Assembly (NCBI GenBank): GCA_002633005.1
Contig: NMRA01000028.1
Span: 1,201,556 to 1,265,555, forward strand
Source: Phoronis australis
Taxonomy: Eukaryota > Animalia > Phoronida
DNA length: 64,000 nt
Direction of reading: 5' to 3'
Numbering within the stretch: position 1 is the first letter of the stretch; each line of letters opens with the position of its first letter. Of the stretch, positions 25,780-37,841 are shown one piece after another. The notes below the pieces were generated by a model. It saw only the letters and a list, made by a program, of their open reading frames with translations, had not been told where the DNA came from and searched no databases. The translations under genes were made by a program, and so were the position numbers.

Positions 25780-26150
25780 GGGAGATCACCCACCTGCCAG
25801 CCATGCTGATAAGAAGCATTACAGACGGGGACTGGCCTTGGCAACACGAAGCCCCTCAGCTGGCTGCTGAGAGGCTACAATACTCCCTATCCATCTCTGA
25901 ACTAATCTCATTACCGTGTATTTAAAAAAGGCAGTGGCCCAAATCGGGTCACCGAGTAAGAGGTTTTTACCTCATCAAACACTTAAAATTGTCACTTAAA
26001 AAAGTACTTACTATCTTCAGCAATACCTTCTAGTTCTATGCATATCTTCAATGAAGTATGAAGATATCCAGAGTAATTGTAAGATTTGTGGCAATTAGAC
26101 TTTTGTTTGTGAACTGGCCTGATTTTGCACAACTTCCTCATATAATGGCA
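25780..26150 (+). pseudogene. Possible decayed P-element/THAP9-type transposase fragment
   Basis: Frameshifted LALATRSPS..LLR...PYPS and F(N)E-MKI..FVN resemble the SPxAYxxLR..PS and FDEMKI..GFV motifs. Confidence 0.3.
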
Positions 26151-26602
26151 CTCACCGAGAGAAGCTCGAGTGAACCTCAACAGATTTTCATGGACGTGTT
26201 CTAATTATGTAGACTAAATGATTTCCAGACTCATGCTATGTGTTGATAATAACTCAGAGCATGTATGCATGCTTCAGTCAATGTCATTTACTGTATTTTG
26301 AAATGAGTTACTTTTTATGGGGGTAGGCCTATGGTATTGTAATTACCTAGGATGGCCTATAGCAACAGATTCCATTTATTACAAGTTCTAAAAAGATAGA
26401 AATAAGCTCCCATGGTTTTGGCAGTCTGGATTCACTTGTTGTAGATGTGCTTCCGATGAATCATATGAGCCTCTGTTAGCTACTCGCTAACGGGCAATAG
26501 CGGAGTTGCAACGCCGCCATATTGGAAATGGGTCAGAATGTTGCATTGTGGTTAAGCCGGTAAACAAGTACGTCGACAAGCGTGGGGGCGAACCGGCCAC
26601 AG

Positions 26603-26850
26603 GGAGGTTGTACGTGTTGTGTGCCTGGCATGCTATAATACCAGTTAGCGAAATAAAAAATTTAGTTAACTACCTGTTTCCCAAGGATCAAGAACTGCGT
26701 TAAACATGGGTCAGAGACATCGGTAGAGCTGGTAGCAAAGGCCGACTTCGTGAATTCTTTCCGACTTCGTAGCATAAAGTGTGCAGCGCTCATTTTGAGG
26801 GCGGCAAGAAAACGTATCTTAGAAACTGCCCAACAATATCTCCCTTCAAA
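26603..26850 (+). pseudogene. Decayed THAP zinc-finger domain
   Basis: CCVPG(fs)CYN ... FPKDQELR*TW ... KVCSAHFEGG ... PTI = THAP C2CH signature with stops. Confidence 0.85.
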
Positions 26851-27922
26851 GAAACAGTAACAAATACTCCACGGCGGTTGGTAGTGAAAAAAAAACTTGT
26901 TTTCGCTTGACCAGAACCAAGCCAACATGAGCAATTTTGAGGATAATGCCTCTGCACAATCACCTGTTCTGGGTCGACTCACTTAACGTATGCACACTAT
27001 ATGCATTACGCGCTAAGATAAAGTGTGCAGATTATTATTATTTACTTTCTACAAAATTGTGGTACATTGCTATCAAAATTCGTTGTTAAATTACGATCAT
27101 TTTTCATAAAATTTTGTTGAAGTTCCAGGGCGAAATCTTGCCGACAAATGCGTAGCTGCTGGTCTCGCAATCGTCGATAGGGCTTGAATTCTTAAATAAG
27201 AATACAGCTTTGACTCAACAAATTACCTGAAATCCTCCTCAAGTTTTCCAAATAGCGTCTCTAAGATTTTTAAGTTCTTGTGAAGTCTGGATTAACTGCA
27301 GATTAAGTCCAAATCTACGCTAGATTGTAGCACGCAACCCGAGAAAAATCTCTGTGGGAACACATGTTGTTGTCACGTGACGTTTGTTTTGAAGTTTGTA
27401 TGCGTGTGTGTGAGAGTAAGCGTGCGTGTGCTTGTCAGAGTTCATTTGCCAGAGTAATGTAATGATCTAGGTGTGCATTGTATCCAAAAAAAAAAAAAAA
27501 GAAAAATAAGTCAAGCAGTCAAGCAGAGCGTGTTTTAATATTTACGGCTTAGCACTTGCTGGCCTCATCTGCTAAAAACGTTCGAGAATTTTTTCGGTAA
27601 GACCGACATGTCACTCATTGAGTCGCCGGGTGAGTGGATGCGTGACCGTAGTGTAACAGCTATTTCCCGGAAGATTTGGGGTGTAAGGGTGCGAAGTGGG
27701 TCATTTTGACCTTAAAAACACCAATTATGATTAGTTAAATAATTTCTCTTAAAAATAATGCAGAAGCTTTTTACGGTATTGGAAACTTTCGGAAATTAGT
27801 GCCAATATTTATTTGCCGATGCTATGTTACCCGATTAATCTTCGATGACAGTCGGTACATTATGCAGCGCGCGCTTCTTGGTCGCGTGCTAACACTGGTC
27901 GAGTTTTTTTTTTTAGTCTTCG

Positions 27923-28170
27923 ATTCACGGTTTTCACATGCACAAAGAAGTTTGAGGCCGGAGAAGATCTGTACTGGAAAGAAACAATGCAATCCCGCTC
28001 TTTGACAAGTACGCTGTGTCTGTTTTCAAAGTCCAGACCCGCGTAGTGGGGCACATCCCTCGCAAGAGCAGCAAAACTTCTGCGTTCTTTTTGAATCGCG
28101 GCGTAAGTTTGAAGTGTATACGGACATAACGGTGAGGCTCGTGGTCCGTTACAAATTCAGGCTGTCGGAT
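27923..28170 (+). pseudogene. Decayed stand-alone HIRAN domain
   Basis: IHGFHMHKEV*..GEDL..FDKYAVSVFKVQTRVVGHIPRKSSKTSAFFLNRG matches the RGYHVYK..W / DxYAVAV / VGHIPR HIRAN pattern. Confidence 0.7.
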
Positions 28171-28857
28171 CTTTCAATTGATAAATTGGAGACGTTAGAA
28201 CTGTAGGTAAGGGCATTTTTCGCATGTAGTTCATGGGCTGGGCGCTTACTTTAGCAAAGTCTGAAAACGCGTTGGGGCACTTGTTGAGCCATGGGCGCTA
28301 ATTAGGGCGAATAGCGGCAGAATTACATACAGCAGCGTAGTTTAATGCACACAAATTACACGTCGTGCAAACCAGTCGGTCATCCCGTTTACCATCAACA
28401 ATCCCAGTAGCCTTTGCGCACCCTAATTTCCGGACATGCGCAATCGTTAAATCGATTCGGTTGCAACTCCGCTATTGCCTATTAGCTGAATGGTTAACAC
28501 GCTTGCCGGTTTTATGGGGGTCGCTGGTTCGTTCCCCGGGTCGGGTAATCTCGGCTATTACTACAAATGGCGTAGTCGGCAAACGGATGATCTACCGATG
28601 AAGCACTGCCAACAAGTACCCGCGGACCTCGAGACGGCTCGCATGGAAGGTTCCAGGAGTCAAGGACCTGTATGAGAGACTACCTTGTGTTCACCTGTGT
28701 TGTGATGGTAAAGGTACCAAGGGATGTTGATGACCTGTATGCGAGACATCCTGGTGTTCACCTTCCTGGTGGCGTGCCCGTTCCGTAGGGAAGGGGGTTA
28801 TGTTGTAGATGGGCTTCCGGTGAATCATATGAGCCTCTATTAGCTACTCGCTAAAGG

Positions 28858-28935
28858 GCTACTGCAGCTGAATGGTTAGCACGCTTCCCGGTTTTATGCC
28901 TTATGGGGGTCGCTGGTTCGATCCCCCGGTCGGGT
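28858..28935 (+). ncRNA. tRNA-derived Pol III promoter module within the 3' LTR (second copy ~28480-28545 in the 5' LTR)
   Basis: A-box (C/T)AGCTGAATGG, B-box GGTTCGATCCC about 50 nt downstream; no complete cloverleaf, so not a functional tRNA. Confidence 0.7.
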
Positions 28936-29411
28936 AATCTCGGCTATTACTACACACTGTTCCACAGTTCATAGTAATCACAGTAGTACATGGCAGCCTT
29001 GGGTGAAAACTGCTGATGTTGCGTACTTTTGCTAATTTTGTAAGAAGCTTGATACACTTTCTGGAGATGCAAGTTAACTGTGCACATTTTTTAAGTCTGG
29101 CCCAGGATCACGCCATATGTTCAAATTCTGTAAATCCTGTGGAGCAGAAGAGGACCTGCCTTAACCTACTTTTTTCAAGTCAAAAACCAGCAAAACTGTT
29201 GAATGGAATTAATACGAGGATTAAGAAAATAATTTGGGAAATGCGCAGTTTTTAACTTGGCTGGCATTGAGCATCAATTGAAGATAAACGCAAATCACCA
29301 GGCGCAACAAAAATCACAAGGAAGAATGGCGTCTTTTAATTAGCAAGCACTAAAAGACAGGCGGCTCAAGAAATAAATTCCCGGTGTATTCCTGTTGCTA
29401 AAATTACTTAC

Positions 29412-29432
29412 ACAGTTGACAGAACTCCTCAT
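29412..29432 (-). CDS. Probable FBXL first coding exon (MRSSVNC)
   Basis: TGT|GTAAGT donor, phase 0 joins the 22604 exon in frame; sits in a promoter-like CpG-rich stretch; the true start could instead be the internal MSADQ. Confidence 0.5.
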
Positions 29433-29439
29433 ATTGAAT

Positions 29440-29800
29440 TGGGAGCAGCAATGGGCGCAGCCATCTTGAGTTGTCTAGCATCCGTTTCCTGTTGGATAGC
29501 GACATCTAACGAGCAATAACTGAGTGACGAACACACTTTCACAGCCACGACCAGAGATGATGCGGCATCCGATCAACTCTGGTCTGCAGGTTGTACATAC
29601 TTTAATTTTTGAAAGTTTGTTCAGATTTGCAAACGAATAAAAGACAAAAGCACTAAATAACTGTTTTCACACCAAAACGTCTTATTGCATATTCGTCTTG
29701 CAGCACGAATATGAACAGAGGCTGAGGAAAAAGCCGGAAATCTCAACAGAAATAAGCTATATTTTTGGGAATTAAACAAATGGCGTGTTACATATACGTG
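29440..29800 (-). promoter_or_regulatory. Probable FBXL promoter / TSS region
   Basis: YY1-like AAGATGGC near 29460, ETS-like cores (tttcctgt, ccggaaat), CpG-rich, just upstream of a GTAAGT donor. Confidence 0.5.
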
Positions 29801-29977
29801 TGATTTTGTACTAATAGCCTTTTGTTGTTTCTTTAATTAAAGTGGGAAGGATAATCGACTTATTCTGAACCGTCTGGAAAATAAAAAACATGGTGAAAGC
29901 AAATAGGCGACATATACACAAGTATTACCGTTCATTGAAAAAATCCTCGGTTTGACTTGTTGTAGCACAGCGTAGAC

Positions 29978-30157
29978 TTATCACCTTGCTTATATTATAG
30001 ACAATATTATAAAGTGCACCGGCATGTACCTATCACCCTACTATTATAGACAATATTACAAAGTGCACCGACATTTACCCATCACCCTACTATTATAGAC
30101 AATATTACAAAGTGTACCGGCATGTACCTATCACCCTACTATTAGAGACAATATTCC
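29978..30157 (+). repeat. 49-bp tandem repeat, ~3.6 copies
   Basis: acaatatt recurs at 30001, 30050, 30099, 30148. Confidence 0.9.
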
Positions 30158-32347
30158 AACGTAGACCAATATGCTATTTGTTCTAAGCTTACCTTGATGT
30201 GTATTAATATTTCATTTTTTTCAACAAATTTTGGAATAAATTTAGCAATATTTCCTGTTTTAATCCAATGCCTATTGAATCGATTTTCATTTGTTGTTCT
30301 AAACATTAAATTAGGTTTTATCTTGAGTGTTTACGCTTAAGTCTCCATTTCCATACACACTTCAAAATGACTTTTAAAGTTATCAGTGGAGTTATACAGA
30401 AATTATGTAAATTTTGATTCAAAATGCAATAGCTTAATGAATCTAAAACAGCGCCAAAACGAAACTGACGTACCGAAAAATCTACTTCTTGATTTATAAT
30501 TTTCTTATGCAATGCGACGGTTGATGGTTACAAAATTCCGCACATTTTAATATTTATTCCAATACATACACAGAAAAAAGTGTGAAACTCAGTACAATGA
30601 CATTTTTGTTAACGATTTTTAACAGGATTTTTCTCGCATTAACCGCGTGGTTGATGCCTTGGCCTACTAGCGCTAATTAGTTATACGCGCGAGTGTTTGT
30701 TTAATCGAATTTGTTTTGATATTTATGAATAGACGATGAAAATGTGAGAATGTAAAGTGACCTAGAAAAAAACTGTGCTAAATTAATATTTGCCTTCTCG
30801 TGTTACCGGCGATACACAGGTTGACAGATGAATATGGGCTGGCTTTTTAATAAAGGTTTACCAATTATACGGAATAAATTGATGCGAGTGCGTAAAATGT
30901 AAACAAGCTAGATTTTAATTGAAAGATATGTCAACAGCGAGTAATGTAGACCGTGCAGTTAAACATGAATAAAGATTGTCTTACCTAATTAGCTTCCTCT
31001 GATAAAATATTCAACTTTTTTAAAATTTAGTGGGAGTCTTCATTGCACCAACACATAAAATAAAAAATAATGAAAAAATGATGTCAACAAAAAACCTTAA
31101 AAAACACTGGCATGTCTCTTGAGTGCTTCAGAAAAATACGCAATGTACGGTAGATGTGTTGCGAATTCAGTTTATGGGGCAAAAGTAGTTGGCTTATAAA
31201 AAACCTCCAATTATAATCGACCCTGCGAACATAATGATTAATACAAAAGCAAAAAAAGAAAAATAACGACATTTTGACGTTTTTCATTTACCTGGCGAAA
31301 GCAGTCACGGCTTCACGTGTAGCGTGCATTCACCGTTTACAACGCAAGCTTAATTCCAGCATGCTCGTAGACGCGGCCGTTACCGGACACACGCACTGCT
31401 AAAGTTCTTACCACTTAGACCACTGGAGGCGTACATGCAGAAATAATTCTAAACTCAATAAGGTATTAAACATCTCAAGGATCGACAAGAGCAATGAGTT
31501 TAAAAATCTTCTCGTTTCCGCTGCCACCTTCCTGATAATGCGATCACTTTAAGAGATCGAAGTATTTCTTTGTTTTGCACATCATACCTTCAAAGGTTGG
31601 TTAACTAAGATGACACAGTCAACATGGCTCACGCGCGGCTCAACTTGTAACGGAACTTCACGCCGAGTCTTATAGTCTGGTTTCCATGACAACACAATGA
31701 AATTGAGTTGTAGCTATATTCGGACCGTTTTTATGGTTTACAGATTACAACTGATCGCTTGTCCGCTAAATAGAGTTGAACACGAAAATTTGAGCTTTCC
31801 GAGAGTTGGTCACTTTTTTAAAGTCTCATAGATCGATGAGGTCAATATCAACTAGTTCCACTAGGCCCTATAATCGTGGAAAAACAGGAACGCGTTAAAA
31901 TCTATTAGATGTCTACTCTATATACTTTTTAGGTATTCAAGATCATCGTATTGTGTGTGGAATTAAAGAAAACACAAAATATCTTTTTGCACGTCGAGCG
32001 ACTATTTTGTTACCTAATATTGCTATGGATAATTTTTGTGTTCCGTCCGCAATTCCAGATTCGTTTAGTCGTCAAGCCTCCATGTATCCTTGCTTGTAGT
32101 GGGAGTTACCCAACTAACTCGTTGTTTTAACGACATCTGGCGGTCAATATTGTGACACTTGAATTAGAATGAAGATAAAAGCAAACGTCCATTTCAACTT
32201 GACACCAATAAACAATGGGTCCGTGTAAGAAAAGGAAAAGACAAAATTAAAAAACTTTAGCACAGAACACTGTTGTACGAAGATTCATATCATAGCCACG
32301 GATCTCTTTTCACAAGCGTAATATTAACACCAACTTTTTGAAAAGGA

Positions 32348-32506
32348 AACAACGCCAACAACAAGAAATATACCAACAATAACAACAAAAACAAGAAATA
32401 CAACAACAATAACAACAACAACAACTACAGCAGCTACAACAACAATAACGACAACGAAAATAACGACAACAACAAAACGTCAACAACAATAACGACAACA
32501 ACAACG

Positions 32507-32545
<39 letters not shown>

Positions 32546-32622
32546 TTAACAACAGCTACAACAACAATAACGACAATTACAACAATGACAACAACGACAA
32601 CAACAGCAACAACAACAACAAC
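32348..32622. repeat. Imperfect (CAA)n microsatellite
   Basis: Directly visible. Confidence 0.95.
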
Positions 32623-35600
32623 GAATTTTGACTGATAATGATACATTCTTGCTTCAAACTTGGAATGCATTTTTTCTGGTACTGTGCTACACCATACTCG
32701 AATGATGTTCAAATTCAGAATGCGACCTACGACTTTATCAATGTTTAATCGTCTTGTTTATCAAAAACTTCGCTTCAGCAGCTGTGTGTGTCCTGGGGCG
32801 CTGAGCATCGTTTTCAAGCGGAAGCAATGCATTGAGGGACGATATCTGAGACCGCACCTGTGTGTCTGTCTAGTAATAAGCTAGATGTCGTAGAGCGTAC
32901 TGAAACGGAATGAACTAATCCAAACAGGTGATGAAGTATACCTGTATGGGCATTTTGCATTTTTGATGAGTCAATCGCGACGCCAACACAAACCCAACAA
33001 GGAAATAGGATAATGCTAAACCTCCACAAGATAGCGCTTATGTGGCCCAGAGAATTGTCGAACGGAAAACTGCATTCAAGAACATAAAATATTTACAATT
33101 TCATTAACTTATTCAAATTTCATGCAATTTGCTTTACAGTCAGCTCATACGAATGCATTATCAAACTATTATTATAAGAAAACGACAATAATATCTAGTG
33201 TCTGCAGGTGAAAGAGATTTTGAATTAGTGACTTTTTTAAAAGTCCATAAAACTTAAAAGTTTTTTTATTGTTATCATTGTGGTGCAACTATTGCCAATT
33301 TAGGTTATCACAAAATTCTCCTTGTATGTTGGACAAAGTTGGTTCTGGTCTTTACTCCACCCGACTAAAAGGAAACTGAATTAAGTCACGAAAACAAGAG
33401 TCAGCAATATTTGATATGCCATGGGATGACAACTGATGAGTAAAATACAGCTTCATTTTTGCTCGTCTCAGGTGGATTTTTCTTTGAAAAAGTGAAAAAT
33501 TAATAAGAAATACGGCACAACCTACTCGATTTTCACAAAAAACACCAGAACCAATGGAAGTATGTCTTTTGATCTTATTTGACAGTAGAAAAGTTGTGAG
33601 CATAGATATTTATTTAGGAAAACCAAACAAGCTGAAATATCATTATTAGCTCGTTACAGTAGCCACAAACTCGAAAGCCCATAACATTACCATAATCATT
33701 ATTTACTAACAATCAATGGACATGTAATACACTATGAAGCACTCCTCCGTAGACCGACTTTACTATTTGCCATTAAGTTGTGGACAAAACGCAAATTAAG
33801 TTAAGCAAACGTTGTCAAAAATAAGTTTATCTAGTTTCAGTTCACCTCACTGCTTACTTATTGTCATAACACAATTCAGGAATTATTAACTTTCATAATA
33901 ATTTCCTTCGAGCAATTTGATATCGAAGTTCGATAAATGTTCTCTTTCATCTACCCGAAAGGAAAACATGGACCGAAAAGGCTAAATAAATAAACAAACG
34001 GCTTCTACCGTTATGAAAGCGCTGCTCTTACAACCAATAATGGAATGTAAATAGAAAACCTAAAGCCTCAATTCAGCCTGAGCGTAATCCTTTGTTCGAA
34101 AATTGTCGATATTTGTACTGTGAATTGGACTCAATGATTTTTACAAAATGTCTTTTATTGGTTTTCTACTGTCTCTCTCACGCTTATGTACATCGATACA
34201 AAACTTTGGAACAAAATGATATAGAAAACCTCAAGTCACAAGTCGAGTGCTTTATCAAATTCATTTGAATATAAAAGGTGACAATTTGCTCGGTGTCTAA
34301 CGCATAATTATTGACCAGACACGGCTACTTTAAGTGACACAATTATTACATCACGTGTCACGTGACGGTAGCTTGTCTGTTTGTCCTGGTACATCCTTTG
34401 ACGGAAATTTGCTGGAAAACAAAAATAATAAACAAACAGCGAATCGCCGATAAAACAGTCAGCCTGAGTCAATAGGAGTTTGTGAAAATACATTTTACAG
34501 TCGGGTTTATTGACATAGTAACTGTGAGCTAATGGGTATCTGTGGCTTGATAACGAGGCTGGCTATTTGAATTAGGGAAAGTCAATCTCGGGAAAGGATA
34601 CAAGCCGAGTGTTTTAATATAGTCAAATATTGACTCTACCCTCCTGAATAGCTTAAAACGCCTGAAGAGAGTGCAGCCGAGTGCAGGCACCTGGAGCAAA
34701 CGGGAGTCAAAGGTCGGGAGACGAACATGTGCCAAAGCATTCATTTCAGTAAAATTCAAGAAATGCAAACAAAGAAATTAAATTCCTATGGGATGGTTCA
34801 AATTGAACTTACTGAAACTGTTCAAAAACTCTGAGACTTTCCGCAACCATCTAAATACTGAATAACAATAGAAAAATTGAAAAAAGTGAGGAAAATGTTA
34901 TTGTGTTTGTGCTTCCTGATAACGAATTATTGCATTCTCCGTTGTGTTCCCTTCAATAACCAACGACGGGCGATAATCTGACGCAGCACTGAGAATGTTA
35001 ATAGTCTCTCATTCTGCAAGTTATAAAACCTTTTATTCCCCGCAAGTTCCCGTGTGACTTTGGATTTTTGGATTTCAATGTTTTCGTTTTCATCTAAAAT
35101 ATTTCCCTGAAGAAAAAGGAAACTTCATTCATTTAAAATTTATAGGCACAATTGATTAAAACACGATGGGGGCAATGGAATCCAAAAATATCCGCTCGTC
35201 CCTATAACGCCCTAAGTGGGGGTGTTGCTAAAGAGAATCTGAATGGGAGCCAGCAGCCAACAACAATCGCAATAACTGCGCAGACTCAGATATTCGTATT
35301 CAAAATCCAGGAAATCAAATTTCAAAATATTAAACAGCGAACTATGTCGTGTTACACCACTCTACAGGCAGAAAAATATTGTCGCTGTGTCTCACGAGAG
35401 TTCAAACAAACTAATAAGATGTGAAGAGCCGCGCAATCTGATCACCAGGAAAACAAAAACCGGAAACACGAAACTGACATGAGATAATTACACTAACTCG
35501 AAAACCTGTCATCGAAATAATTACACGCTGTTAATTAAGCACTACCTTTGCGGAAAATTGTCATTAATACCTTCAGTATTTTCTAATCACAGTTTTCAAT

Positions 35601-37807
35601 TTATGCAAGGATACTATAATACTTTAACAACAAAGATAGATGTCCTTCATATTTTCAACAACTAACGGCGACATGTCCCCCGTCGAGGCTTTTTGTTCGG
35701 GGGCTAATTTAGTTCAAAACCCCGCAAGCATACCAGTAAAGAGCGAGGCTTGTGTTGGAAATGTCATGAAACGAATTAACGCGAAGAGCCCAGTTCACGC
35801 TTCGGTGATCTCGCCAACCAGATGGGGGCGAAGACAGTTAATTATCCGAACGAAACGTCGCGTCCGCGTTGAACGTGATCAATGATTTATGTATAACTTT
35901 AAAATGAAAGAGATCATAACTTATTAAAATATGCTAAGCTTTGGTCTGGGAGATGGCTTATATCAATTGGACGGACTAATTACGTTATAATGCTAATACA
36001 GGCACTTTAATGGCGATTAGCTCAAATTTCCTCAAGGTAAAGCTTACGGGTTTACAAGTAATTTGGAGAGTCCACTCCATCACAAATTGCATCTTAATTA
36101 TTTTCTATTTGAAGTTTAAATGCTACTGTGTACGATACCAACTATAAGTGTATTGACATCGTATTGCTCGACTTTCTCGACTGAAAAAATTTAAGACGAC
36201 CCCTCTGTTGTTCTATCGTTCGTGAAACAGAAAGCAATGCACTCACATGTTTGGCTTTACTTCTATTGTTCAGTGTCATGTTTTTTATCACTGCCTTCAT
36301 TTGGGCGAAATAGCTCCACTGTGTAATATTCAAATGTTTACTAAAAAACGCGAGAGATATCCAAATGAGGTAAAACTAACACCAGATTTTTTGTGTTGCG
36401 AATGACGTTAAATATAAGACGGCTGAGATTTCAACGGTTCGTGATCGCGATGCTTTTGCTACTATTTTGCTATAATTCTTGGTTTACTTTTGTCCACAGT
36501 TAAGTAATTGAGGGCTTTCTAAGCGAGTTGACTTCTGCGAAAGTTATACAATGCATGTTTTGGAAGCAAAAATGTAGTACCTGGCAAACAGACATATGCA
36601 TTGCCACTTCGAAATTATTACTTAGTGGACTCAATATCAAATAATTATTCATATCGATTTATCTCAATCATACAAAAATAACATCAAACGCTTGTGATTT
36701 CGAGTTACATCAGCGACCTATTGCCTGGCATCAGTTTAGCCGTGCTGCCCGCGATTGGCAAGGTAGCGGACCGCCCACTGTTGTAATCTTGTTGTTATTT
36801 CAGGTAGAACTAATTGGAAATACCTCAGCACCCGGGGATAACAATGGCGAAATTCACGTCCGTTCTATTCACACTGCCTCAGCAGAAAACACGTCTCACT
36901 GATTTGGAATAGTTTGTGCAAGACTGGGTTTGAATGGAGTGAAATAACACAAGATATTTATCTACGACTCACTTTTTCTATGAGCGAGGTTCACCTTTTG
37001 GGAAAGAATAACAACATTCGTGAGAGAATGTTTATTCTAGGTTTGCCAAATGCGTCGTGTGAAGATTTAGGTGCGTTTTCGATAAAATTCTCCGCCGCGC
37101 CAAACATGTTGACCCATGCTCGAAGATTCCCTCCCGGGGCATTCGGCTGTTGATACCTTAACAATGAGTTGTCGAAATAAAACTGACAATTTAGGCTGTC
37201 TAGACTTGGTTACTAAAGAATACACATCGACGTGTATCGACTGCTGTTGATCACAGCACACTCACCAATAGTGTTGTATTATATAAAACTAGTGTACAAT
37301 CACCCAACTCACGACATTGTCCACATAAGAATACAGCCTAGTGTTCGAGAAAATCTATCCACTGTATGCTTTTTGATAGCACTCAATGGATGCAGTCGTG
37401 TATTCTTATGAATCACTTTACATTAAACAATAAGTCTATAGGTCTAATTTTCATCCTAAATACAGAAGAAATCGACTTTCTACTCACACCTAGTTTCACA
37501 GAGCTAACGAGCAGATGAAGCGGGTTTTCTGGCGTAGAAAGAGTAAAAGGCATGTTAATGGATTTCGAGTTGGATTAAAGCCTACAAATTGGATGTTTTA
37601 CTATTACTGTGGATTACATTAATAATGTTAGTGTCAAACTACGTGGATAGAATTTGAAATTGGAAATTTAATGTGCGATGTAGAAATCGTTTGTGCCAAT
37701 TTAATGTTGTTTGATGGAAGCTGTCGATCATGTCATCAATCAGACGCAGCTGAGTGATGTGAAATATAGAACGTGTCCGCATCCACGACTGTCAATCAAA
37801 CGCGGGG

Positions 37808-37841
37808 AGACAGAGAGAGGGAGAGAGGGAGAGAGAGAGAG
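37808..37841. repeat. (GA)n microsatellite
   Basis: Directly visible. Confidence 0.8.

Larger units (their letters stand above)
26499..28473 (+). mobile_element. TIR DNA transposon (PIF/Harbinger-PHIS-like) nested in the TRIM 5' LTR
   Basis: Perfect 20-bp inverted match GGCAATAGCGGAGTTGCAAC (26493-26512) / GTTGCAACTCCGCTATTGCC (28460-28479); best reading is TIR AGCGGAGTTGCAAC with AAT/ATT target. Confidence 0.8.
26437..28954 (+). mobile_element. TRIM (miniature LTR retrotransposon) with tRNA-like LTRs, Ajax-like; 5' LTR interrupted
   Basis: LTRs TGTTGTAG...TACTACA (5': 26437-~26498 + ~28474-28565; 3': 28801-28954); PBS TGGCGTAGTCGGCA at 28568; PPT agggaagggggtta before 28801; 4-bp TSD CACT (26433-26436, 28955-28958). 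Confidence 0.9.

Noticed and set aside
28858-28935. Functional tRNA gene
   Set aside because: A and B boxes are present but acceptor and anticodon stems cannot be formed; it is part of an LTR
29978-30157. 49-bp periodic repeat as a CRISPR array
   Set aside because: The whole unit repeats; no variable spacers; eukaryotic context
32310-32712. Poly-Leu/Val/Cys ORFs
   Set aside because: Translations of the (CAA)n microsatellite
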